Shown: positions 24,910 to 33,900 of the stretch, piece after piece | Numbering within the stretch: the stretch's first letter is position 1 | Layout of the letters: each line of letters starts with the position of its first letter | DNA from: a virus | Reading direction: 5' to 3' (one strand) | Length of the DNA: 64,000 nt | Virus record (IMG/VR): IMGVR_UViG_3300023440_000004 | Coordinates: 1 to 64,000 of that record | Program-made: the position numbers and the translations under genes | Notes under the pieces: generated by a model | What the model was told of the DNA's origin: nothing | Databases searched by the model: none | The model's input: the letters and a program-made list of their open reading frames with translations, nothing else

Positions 24910-27092
24910 TGAACGACGAAGTGATGCAACATTGGGGCGCGTACCGTAGGGCCAGGGATTTCGGCCACAAACGTTACGTCGCCAAGGCCGAACGCTGTGA
25001 GAAGTACTTTCGCGGGGATCAGTGGGATCCCAGGGTCCTGGCCCAGTTGGGCGACCGTCCAGCGCTGACGGCCAATATGATCCTGGCGACGATGGCCACG
25101 GCTTTCGGACAGATGGCCGAGAACTACACCGAGGTCCTGTTCTACAGCAAGGACCCCCGGAACGCCGACATGAACGAGGTTCTTCGTAAGGTGTTCCGGC
25201 ATATTTACAACGAGAACCGCCTACGTTGGAAGGACCTGAGCATGGCCATGGACGGCCTGATCACGTCGCGCGGCTTCCTCGACGTTCGGATGGCGTTTGA
25301 TGAAAACCTGCACGGTGACGTGCGCATCACGCACCTGGACCCCAGGGACGTTCTGATCGACCCGGACGCGAGGGACTATTTGCCTACCGGGTGGAAAGAG
25401 GTGTTCATCAGCCGGTGGCTTACCCTTGATGAGATACGGGTGCTGTACGGCGAGCAGAAAGCCAAGCAAGTGGAGGCGTCCGTCGTCAACGGAATCGGCC
25501 CGGTCGAGGACATTATCTCCGACTTGTCGGTGGGCGGGGCTTTCTCCGGTGAAGCGGGCCCTGTTCCCATCGCCCCGGCGTACTATGGCGATTCGGTGCC
25601 CAAGCGGTACCGGGTCGTGGAGCGCCAGTACCGTAAGCTGGATCGGTCGTTGTACTTCGTCGATCTCGACACCGGCGAATCCCGTCCGGTCCCGGACCAA
25701 TGGGACGAAGCCAAAGTACACGACGTCATCGCTCGGGCCGCCGAGCGTGGAGCTCGGCTGACGGTCGTCCCGAGACTGGCCGAACGCATCCGTATGGTCG
25801 TGTTCGCCGGCAGTGTCGTTCTTCACGACGCCTGGAGCCCCTACGAAACGTTCACGATCGTCCCGTATTTTCCTTATTTTCGCTGGGGCGAGACGATCGG
25901 GGTCGTAGAGAATCTTCTTGACCTCCAGGATGCGACCAACAAAACGCTTTCTCAAACATTACACGTCATCAACACCACCGCCAATTCCGGCTGGATCGTC
26001 AAGTCCGGGGCGCTGGTCAATATGGCCATTGAGGATCTTGAAGAACGCGGTGCCGAGACTGGGCTTGTTCTGGAGGTCACTGATATGGGCGGCATCGACA
26101 AGATCGCCCCCAATCAGATACCGACAGGTTTGGACCGAATCACGCAGCAGTTGTCCGAATGGGTCAAGTACGTCTCCGGGATATCCGATTCCATGCGCGG
26201 GTTCGACCGGGCAGACGTGGCCGCCAAGGCGATCATCGCCAAGCAACAGGCCGGGGCCATCTCCCTCACGGTGCCGTTCGAGTCGCTGAACCTGACCCGC
26301 CGGTATCTGGCCGAGGTCATTCTTAAGATGGTCCAACGGTATTACACGGAACCCCGGATCATGCGCGTGGCGCCGGACGAGTTGAACGGCGAGGAGGCGG
26401 TCGTCGAGGTTAACATGCCCAACGTATACGGGCAGATCGTCAACGACCTGACGCTGGGGGAATACTCCGTCGTCGTCAAGTCCGTCCCGCCGAAGGAGCG
26501 TCAGGACGAGGCCACCTACCAGCGGGCGCTCAGTCTTCGAGAAGCTGGCGTCCCCGTGCCGGATTGGGTCCTGGTCGAAAGCGCCGGGCTGCCCGATCCG
26601 GGGCGTATCATGCGGGATATCGAACAGGCTCGACAGGCGCAGGAGCCGATGGCGCAGTTGGAGCAGGAGCTCAAGCAGCTTGAGGCCCGCAAGACGCAGG
26701 CCGAGATGGTCAAGACGCTCAGCGAAGCGGAGTTGCTCAGGGCGAGGTTGCAGGAAGTCCTGTCGAACGTTGTCGGTTCGAGTGCCAAGATGCGGCTACA
26801 GGATAAAAACCTTAGATTGAAATACCTTACCGAGTTGGATAAACTCTCCCAGAACGCGATGCTCGAACGTGAGCGTCTGCTGGCCCAACTCGAAAAGGAG
26901 GACTTACTCAATGTCGATCGAGGCGCAGGAACAGGTACCGGAGCAGCAGCCGGAAGTGGCGGAAACGCAGGAAGTGGAAACTCCGGAAACCGAGACTCAG
27001 GAGGCAGCAGCCCAAGAGGCGGAAACCCAGGAAGCGCAGGAGACTCCGGAGCCGGGCGGCAGTCCGGTAATGATACCCAAGTATCGGTATGA
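24909..27092 (+). CDS. portal protein
   Basis: ATGA overlap start (MNDEVMQHW). AERCEKYFRGDQWDPRVLAQLGDRPALTANMI is a typical portal N-terminal pattern. About 727 aa, located before scaffold and capsid. The Gly/Ser-rich tail overlaps the scaffold gene. Confidence 0.8.
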   Translation: MNDEVMQHWGAYRRARDFGHKRYVAKAERCEKYFRGDQWDPRVLAQLGDRPALTANMILATMATAFGQMAENYTEVLFYSKDPRNADMNEVLRKVFRHIYNENRLRWKDLSMAMDGLITSRGFLDVRMAFDENLHGDVRITHLDPRDVLIDPDARDYLPTGWKEVFISRWLTLDEIRVLYGEQKAKQVEASVVNGIGPVEDIISDLSVGGAFSGEAGPVPIAPAYYGDSVPKRYRVVERQYRKLDRSLYFVDLDTGESRPVPDQWDEAKVHDVIARAAERGARLTVVPRLAERIRMVVFAGSVVLHDAWSPYETFTIVPYFPYFRWGETIGVVENLLDLQDATNKTLSQTLHVINTTANSGWIVKSGALVNMAIEDLEERGAETGLVLEVTDMGGIDKIAPNQIPTGLDRITQQLSEWVKYVSGISDSMRGFDRADVAAKAIIAKQQAGAISLTVPFESLNLTRRYLAEVILKMVQRYYTEPRIMRVAPDELNGEEAVVEVNMPNVYGQIVNDLTLGEYSVVVKSVPPKERQDEATYQRALSLREAGVPVPDWVLVESAGLPDPGRIMRDIEQARQAQEPMAQLEQELKQLEARKTQAEMVKTLSEAELLRARLQEVLSNVVGSSAKMRLQDKNLRLKYLTELDKLSQNAMLERERLLAQLEKEDLLNVDRGAGTGTGAAAGSGGNAGSGNSGNRDSGGSSPRGGNPGSAGDSGAGRQSGNDTQVSV

Positions 27093-27789
27093 CGCCGTAC
27101 AGGCCCGCGCTCGCCAATTGGCTGAGGAGCTGGAAACTCTCAAGGCTCAATTGGAAAAATCGGGCGCTACTGCGGAAGAAGCACAAGCCGCGGTCACGGC
27201 TGTCTCGGATCAAGTTCAGCAAGGAGGCGAAGGCGCCGATGAGCTGAAGCGTCTCGCTGAGGAACACGCTGCCGCCATTCTGGAGGGTGATACCGCCAAA
27301 GCGGCCGAGTTGCAGGCCGAACTGATTTCCAAGGCGGCCAGCCTACAATCCACGCCGAAGGTCGATCCGAACGAAGTAGTATCCCAAGCTGTCACCCAGA
27401 TGCAGTTGCAGCAGGTGGTGGAGCAGCTTGAGACTCAGTATCCGGTGCTGGACCCGAACTCCAAGGAATTCGACCAGGACCTCAACGAGCGTGTTTACGC
27501 TTTCTTTCAGGGTCTAGTTTCCACCGGGAGGCCGCCAGTGGATGCGCTGGTCGAAGCAGCAGAGACTGTGATGGCCGCAAGCGGAAAGTCCCCGAACTCC
27601 CCAGTCGCCCGGCGTGGCCTGACCGACCGGGCCCAGGCTGCGGCCAACACACCTCCCGTCCTGTCGCCGGAGGTTGGTTCGACCGGAACGCCTCCCGACG
27701 TCACGCCCGAGCAGTTGGAGAACATGACGACCGACGAGTGGGCAGCGCTGCCAGAATCCACCCGTAAAAAGTTGCTCGGTATCGGGTAA
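26911..27789 (+). CDS. scaffolding protein
   Basis: ATG 26911 with AAGGAGG 9 nt upstream. Acidic E/Q/T-rich N-terminus, then coiled coil (RARQLAEELETLKAQLEKS). Sits between portal and capsid. Confidence 0.65.
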   Translation: MSIEAQEQVPEQQPEVAETQEVETPETETQEAAAQEAETQEAQETPEPGGSPVMIPKYRYDAVQARARQLAEELETLKAQLEKSGATAEEAQAAVTAVSDQVQQGGEGADELKRLAEEHAAAILEGDTAKAAELQAELISKAASLQSTPKVDPNEVVSQAVTQMQLQQVVEQLETQYPVLDPNSKEFDQDLNERVYAFFQGLVSTGRPPVDALVEAAETVMAASGKSPNSPVARRGLTDRAQAAANTPPVLSPEVGSTGTPPDVTPEQLENMTTDEWAALPESTRKKLLGIG

Positions 27790-27865
27790 GCTAGTAGAAT
27801 GTATCCAAAATCCTCCTCATCATTGGGACCTCCTTAGCTACCTCCAGAGGGTGGGTGCCATCGTT

Positions 27866-27890
27866 AGCGGCCTTCGGGCCGCTTCTTTTT
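27866..27890 (+). terminator. intrinsic terminator
   Basis: AGCGGCC-TTCG-GGCCGCT stem-loop followed by TCTTTTT. Confidence 0.7.
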
Positions 27891-27917
27891 GCCTGTAAGT
27901 ATTTGATGTGCTATAGT
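27889..27917 (+). promoter_or_regulatory. sigma70-like promoter with extended -10 upstream of the capsid gene
   Basis: TTGCCT (27889-27894), a 17-nt spacer, and TGcTATAGT (27909-27917). It lies about 128 nt upstream of the capsid ATG. Confidence 0.45.
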
Positions 27918-28044
27918 CGCCAATACGGGCCGGGGCACGACACGCCCCGCGTGGAACGATAACCACGTAAAAAACGGTCCTCCGCGTCGGCACCACGATA
28001 CGGTGTGAGGTTTAGTCAATCGTGACAACACTTGGAGGACTATC

Positions 28045-29160
28045 ATGGCTGTTACGAATTTCGCCGCCATGCAAGAGCACGAGAAGCTTGCATGGGCGCA
28101 AGATACCTGGCGGTTCCTTCGGGAACGCAGCTTCATCCTTTCTCGGGCGGGAACGTCCGCTGACTCCGGCATTCAGCGGATTTCCGAACTGAGTAGCCTG
28201 CCGACCGGCAACAAGGCGGTCATTAACCTTCTCCACGACCTGGTGGAAGACGGGGTCGTCGGTGACGAAACCCTGAAGGGCCGTGAGGAAGCGGCCAAGA
28301 TGTCGCAGATCGACATGGTGGTCGATCAAATCCGGCATGGTGTCACCAATACCGGACGGATGTCGGACCAGAAGTCCGTCATCAAAATCCGCCAGGAAGC
28401 CCGCGACTTGCTGGCTTATGCCATGGCCGACCGGATCGACCAGATGGCGTTCCTGACCATGGCCGGGGTGACGTATAACTACAAAACGGACGGAGCATTG
28501 CGTCCGTCTGATGCGTGGACTCGCCTCGAATTCGCGCCGTACGTCACGCCGCCGAGCGCCAACCGCCACGTCCGGTGGGATGCCGGCACCTCCAGCCTCC
28601 AGCCTGGCGACACGACTCAGGTCGCTCCCACCGACACCATCACCTACGATGCGTTGCTGCATCTGAAGGCGTTGGCCCATGACCTGTACATTCGTCCGTT
28701 GCGCTGGAACGGCGGGATGGAGTACTACGAGGTGTACTTGCATCCGCAGACGCTCTTGTCGCTGAAGCTGGACCCGAAGTTCCACGAGGCACTGAAGGTG
28801 GCGCTGCCACGTAGTCCCGACAACCCGATCTTCAAGGGTCAGGAGGTTTACTACGTGGACGGCATGGCCATTTACCCGTACCGACATTCATTCAATACCC
28901 GCAACGCTACCACCAAGTGGGGTGTTGCTGGTGACGTGGTTGGGAACCGGGTGACGCTCATGGGCGCGCAGGGGTTGGCGTATGCGGAACTTGGCGCACC
29001 CCGTTGGGACGAGGAACTGGACGACTACAACGCCCGTTGGGGTATCGCAATCTCCCGTATCCTTGGTTTTCTCAAACCCCAATTCCCCGACTATCGACTG
29101 CCCGGAGCGCCCAAAGAGGACTTCGGTATTCTGTCGATGGACGTGGCGATGCTGACCTAA
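28045..29160 (+). CDS. major capsid protein
   Basis: 371 aa with GGAGG 6 nt upstream. Position is after the scaffold. LHDLVEDGVVGDETLKGREEA...DQKSVIKIRQEARDLLAYAMADRIDQMAFLTMAG resembles the N4-gp56-type capsid family pattern (by memory). Confidence 0.75.
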   Translation: MAVTNFAAMQEHEKLAWAQDTWRFLRERSFILSRAGTSADSGIQRISELSSLPTGNKAVINLLHDLVEDGVVGDETLKGREEAAKMSQIDMVVDQIRHGVTNTGRMSDQKSVIKIRQEARDLLAYAMADRIDQMAFLTMAGVTYNYKTDGALRPSDAWTRLEFAPYVTPPSANRHVRWDAGTSSLQPGDTTQVAPTDTITYDALLHLKALAHDLYIRPLRWNGGMEYYEVYLHPQTLLSLKLDPKFHEALKVALPRSPDNPIFKGQEVYYVDGMAIYPYRHSFNTRNATTKWGVAGDVVGNRVTLMGAQGLAYAELGAPRWDEELDDYNARWGIAISRILGFLKPQFPDYRLPGAPKEDFGILSMDVAMLT

Positions 29161-29172
29161 TGAGGTGTAGCC

Positions 29173-29538
29173 ATGGCAAAACAGCTTGAGCGTCAATACC
29201 CCCTCACGGCGGTATTCGAGGTTACTCATCTCGATTTCGCTGGTGGTACTTCAGTCGTGGTCGGAACGCTTCCGGCCAACGCTATCATCACCGACGCCTT
29301 TTACGAAGTAGTGGAAGCCTTCGATACGTCGGTGTTGTCGGTTACCGCTACTGGGGCGGCGACCTTCGCCACTACCGCAGCGGCGACGACGGGCCGCACT
29401 GCGGGCACGGCGTTGGGCATTCTGGGCACGGCGGTCGATGTGACCGTATCTCGGTCGTTGACCACTGATACGACTGGTAAGGTGTACGTGGTCATCGAGT
29501 ACGTCATTCCGCGTCGGCAGAACGAAGTCCAACCGTGA
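29173..29538 (+). CDS. hypothetical protein (121 aa), possible capsid accessory or decoration protein
   Basis: GAGGTG RBS. Ala/Thr-rich beta-type sequence directly after the capsid gene. The function is inferred from position only. Confidence 0.4.
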   Translation: MAKQLERQYPLTAVFEVTHLDFAGGTSVVVGTLPANAIITDAFYEVVEAFDTSVLSVTATGAATFATTAAATTGRTAGTALGILGTAVDVTVSRSLTTDTTGKVYVVIEYVIPRRQNEVQP

Positions 29539-29546
29539 GGTGATCT

Positions 29547-29723
29547 ATGAAAGTGGTCGTATCTGACCGGGATCGGCGGGTGGTCCTTGGCCCCCATATC
29601 CTCAACCTGAAAGCCGGGGACAATAAGGTCCCCGCTGAGTTGGCCGACCAGCTGGTCGATTTGCCTGGGTTGAAGCTAAAGCGGGCTAAAGCGGAGTCGC
29701 CTGCCGAGAGTAAATCTTCCTGA
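29547..29723 (+). CDS. small hypothetical protein (58 aa, below the ORF-track cutoff)
   Basis: ATG 29547 with GAGGTG 5 nt upstream. MKVVVSDRDRRVVLGPHILNLKAGDNKVPAELADQLVDLPGLKLKRAKAESPAESKSS*. A terminator follows. Confidence 0.55.
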   Translation: MKVVVSDRDRRVVLGPHILNLKAGDNKVPAELADQLVDLPGLKLKRAKAESPAESKSS

Positions 29724-29729
29724 CGTACT

Positions 29730-29755
29730 GGGGCGGCGATGGCCGCCCCTTTTCC
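29730..29755 (+). terminator. intrinsic terminator
   Basis: GGGGCGGC-GATG-GCCGCCCC stem-loop followed by TTTTCC. Confidence 0.7.
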
Positions 29756-29767
29756 TTGGGTGCAATT

Positions 29768-30940
29768 ATGGCTATCGATAACCGTGAACGGGCCAGACGA
29801 AACCGGCGTCGCGGTATGCAGGACGTTGCATCGGCTTTACCGGAGCTACAGACGGGCCGAAATCGGTTCCGTGGCACACAACGTCCAGGATCTTCGAACT
29901 CCATGAGCTTCTTCTCCGACCTGCTCGCCACCGGCGAGGCGGCCCCGGAACCGAAGCAGCCGCAGGCCCCAGAACCGAAACCTAAGACGCTGACGGGACC
30001 GACCAACCCCCCGTCGCCTGGCGGGGTGCTTGGGCTCCGTGAGCTGATGGCCGCGATGGGGAAGGCGCCGGACCTGTCCGGCTATCGACAGGTGCGGATG
30101 TTGCAGGACATGGCCGCTACCGATATCGAAGCGCCCAACATGCGACGTGTGGCCCGACAGGCCAAGGACTATTTGAACCGTCTCGGCATTACTGGACCGT
30201 CGGACCTGGGCGGGCCGTCCAGCCGGTTCCAGAAGCTGGCGTATGCCAAACTGTTGTCACAGACCGCAGCCAATATCGCCAACCGTCAGTTGGGCACCAC
30301 CAAGACGCAGGCCGACGTTCTGCGGCAGTTGATCGGGACGTCCGGTAGCGTACTTGGCACTGGTCTAAGCGCCCAAGCCGCATACGCCAACGCCCGCAAC
30401 GCGGCGCTGCGTGGGCTAGCGGCGGCGCTGGCCAAGACGAATACGAAAACGAAGACGAGTAAATCATCGACGAGGGACCCAAACAAAATCGACTACAAGA
30501 AGTGGTTGAGCGTTCTGCAAGGGCGGTTGGGTGCGGACCCCGTTGCCAAGGTGGCGGCGAACACGGCCCTGGACGCTTACGCGCAGACCGGGCGTGAACC
30601 ACCACCAGAGCTACTGGCGCTCGCGAACCGGGAGTTTCTGCAAAAAGTGAAAGATGCCGCCGACAATGCCACGTTTTCCATCTTCCGTGCGGTACCGTGG
30701 TCCGACACGGCGATGCTCCGCAAAGCCAATCGCGGCCTGGAAGCGTCACAGAACCCGCTCATGTCCGCCGTCGCGTCCGGCCAGTGGGCCTTCGACCCCT
30801 CGCAGCACGCCTTGGTCCCTGTCGGGCCTCGGTTCGGGGTGGAGCAATCGGATAGAAAACCGATAAGTCTGGATTTGTCCGATCCGGTGCAGAAGCTGAT
30901 CGCCAACTTGTTTCGGTTGAGAGTCAATGGCCAACAATAA
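29768..30940 (+). CDS. hypothetical protein (390 aa), possible internal virion protein
   Basis: ATG 29768 within track ORF 29756..30940. Basic N-terminus, Pro/Gln-rich linker, Ala-rich body. Overlaps the start of the giant gene by 14 nt. Confidence 0.75.
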   Translation: MAIDNRERARRNRRRGMQDVASALPELQTGRNRFRGTQRPGSSNSMSFFSDLLATGEAAPEPKQPQAPEPKPKTLTGPTNPPSPGGVLGLRELMAAMGKAPDLSGYRQVRMLQDMAATDIEAPNMRRVARQAKDYLNRLGITGPSDLGGPSSRFQKLAYAKLLSQTAANIANRQLGTTKTQADVLRQLIGTSGSVLGTGLSAQAAYANARNAALRGLAAALAKTNTKTKTSKSSTRDPNKIDYKKWLSVLQGRLGADPVAKVAANTALDAYAQTGREPPPELLALANREFLQKVKDAADNATFSIFRAVPWSDTAMLRKANRGLEASQNPLMSAVASGQWAFDPSQHALVPVGPRFGVEQSDRKPISLDLSDPVQKLIANLFRLRVNGQQ

Positions 30941-33900
30941 CCAGGATCGTAAGCGCCCTTTCGGGGTCAGGGACATCCTTCAGGCGAACCTGGCCCGAGA
31001 TATGATGAACTACGCTGACCCGGCCCGGCGGCGGGCTCTGAACCAGGAGCTTGCCGGGGATTCCGATTTTGCGCTCGGGGTGCGGGCCGGACTGGGTCGT
31101 ACCATCGCCGGGCTCCAGGCGCTGACAGGATTTACCGGCAGCGCGCAGGACACCCTGAGCACGCTCGAAACGCTGCCCACTCCACGGGTTACGGACTACC
31201 GTAAGATCAAGTCCCTGAGCGACGCGATCGACTATATCCAAGGGCTCGCCGGGTCATCCGCCCCGCAATCGCTAGCCACCTTGGGGGCGTTGGTTGCCAA
31301 CCCGGCGTTGGGACTCGGCGTTAGCGCGGCGATGTTTGGCGGCGAGAACGTCCTCGAACAGATGCAGCGTGGCGTCGCGCCAGAAGACCTCGACCGTGCC
31401 AGGGCGCTGGGCACCGGGGCGATCCAGGCGATCCCGGATGTCATCGGTGCTGGCGTCATCGCCAAGAGCTTGCGAACGATCGGTAGGGCGGCCCGTACCG
31501 GCGGGGTAGCCAAGACTATCGCTAAAGAAGCGGCCAAGGGTGCCGTCGGCGAGGGCCTTCCGGAGCTGTTCCAGGAAGAACTAACGATGCGCCAGGCTAG
31601 CGGACTGCCCGGCGCCCGTGAGCTAACCCCAGAAGAAGTCGCCCGACGGCGATTGGACGCGCTTATCGGCGGCGCTGCGCTTGGTACGGCGATGGGTGGC
31701 GCCGCCGGCGTCGGGCACGCCGCCGCGAACGCCCTTTCCGCCCGTGCTGTGCCGGAACAACCCATGTCGGCTGGCGCTGGCCCAGAAGGTGGCGTAGGCG
31801 GCCAGTCCGCTACCGAGACGGTCGTACCGCCAGAGCCCCCGCTCGGTGCCCAGGGGCCGGCAGCAGCCCCGACGCCGGATGTGCAGGTCCGTCCGATGGC
31901 CGAGGGACAGGCTCCGAAGGTCATGGGTATGACGTACCCCATGCCAAAGGACCTGAAGGTGGGTAAGCGAGAGGACTCGACGACGTTCGACGAGATCTTA
32001 GCTGGACGCCGCACGGCGACTACAAGGGCTACCCTTCCCAAAGGAGTGGAACCCGGACAGACCGTCGTGTTTACGTCAGGCGATGGTCGTAAGTCGGGAA
32101 CGTACGTCGTCCAGGATATCATCCCGTCTCCTCTGCGGCCCATGTTTCACAAGCCGCTCAAGGAGTGGACCGGCGAGGAGCGCAAACGGGCGGCGGAGTG
32201 GGCACGTCGTGAGCAATGGAATCCGTTTGTCATCAAAAAGAAAGCCGAGGCGGGTGACAAGGCGGCCCAAAAGCTTTGGGATCAGGTTGCCGGCCCCAGA
32301 GCCAAGCAGATTATTTTCGCCCCCATCGAAGCCACTCAGCCGGCCACTCAGCCGGCCGCTCAGCAACCTGCGGTAAAGTTCCGCTGGAAACAGCACGAAA
32401 CCCGCACGGTTCCCAGCGAGTTCATCTCGGCACCTTTGAGGAAGCGAGTCGCCCCTACTGGAGATAGCGCTCACGCCCTGTTCCTTGGAGCTGAGACGGG
32501 AGCGGTCACGGCCGCCGCTTCGAAGGTTAAACCGGGCGATACGCTGTACGAACGCACGTTACCGGACGGGCGGGTCGAAAGACTTGTCGTCGAGGACAAG
32601 GCCAAGAAGACCGCCTGGTTGACCGAACAGATGCTCAACGCCCGTACACCCAAGGAGCAGCGGGCGGCCGTCGTTGAGTTCTTGCGGACCGACAAGGGCG
32701 CCAAGGTGGCGAATCGATTGGGCTTGAATCCTAAGTTCGTCGCCAAAGTGCGGGCCGGAGACCGAACGGCGGTCGATCTAGCGGCCCGGATGTTCAACCG
32801 GCACACGGCCCTTTACAAGGTACGCCGTGAGATTGCCAGGCAGACCCAGCCTCAGACCCAGGCTCATCCTCAGACCCAGGCTCAGCCTCAGACCCAGGCT
32901 CAGCCTCAGACCCAGGCTCAGCCTCAGACCCAGGCTCAGCCTCAGACCCAGGCTCAGCCTCAGACCCAGGCTCAGCCTCAGACCCAGGCTCAGCCTCAGA
33001 CCCAGACAACCCAAGGCGTCGCACGTATCGTGGCGGCGGCCAAGCCTCCGTCACGATACGTTCAGAAGGAGCTGACCAAGGCGCGCGTCGCCACCAAGAT
33101 TCTCGCCCCTAGGATCGATCGAGAAGGGGCCGACCAGTCCTTCGCCGTTCGTCTCGCTAAGGCGGCCCCTGACGAGGCTCGGGTCGTTCCGGGATCGAAC
33201 GCCGATAATGTGGCGAAGGACGACGTGGTGTACATCTCCAATCCGGGGGCGTCTCGGTTCAGCGACAAGGCAAAGGCGCGGGAGTACGTCCAGAAGTACG
33301 TCGTGCCGACGGTCAAGCGTATCTTCGCCAAGGGCGCTTCGATCGTCATGGACTCTCCGGAGCACGCCAACCGCACACACAACCGGGAGACGGAAGGCAT
33401 GCTGTCGAACATTCTGGAGAACCCGGACGAAGCTATGCGGGTGTTCGGCGGCGAGGTGGTCCGTAAAGACCTTGGCAATGGGGCCGTCCAGTATTCCCTG
33501 CGCCCCCGTAGGCAGGCGCCAAAACCACCACAGCCCAAGCCACAGCCCAAGCCACAGCCCAAGCCACCAGCCAAGCCGCGGCCGCGAGCGCGTCGGCGGG
33601 TGACGAGCGCTGAAGCCGAAGCGTCCGGCGTTACCGTCGAGCGCATCGCTTCGGACGAGCCTTCGGCGCAGACGGAGCCGGAGCCCGCCAACAACCTGGT
33701 CGAAACGCTGTCGTCACGGGCTACCGAGTACTTGCGCGGTATCTCTAAAGCGGCGGTCGATCGTATCATCAACAGCGTTGTGTCCGTCGAACCGGACACC
33801 AAGCTGGAGTCGCTGATACGGCAAAAAACATTACCGATTTCGCGCGAGGTGGCGACGGCTCGCCTTCGTGCGTTAGCACAGCACCTTGCGGAAGCGGAGC

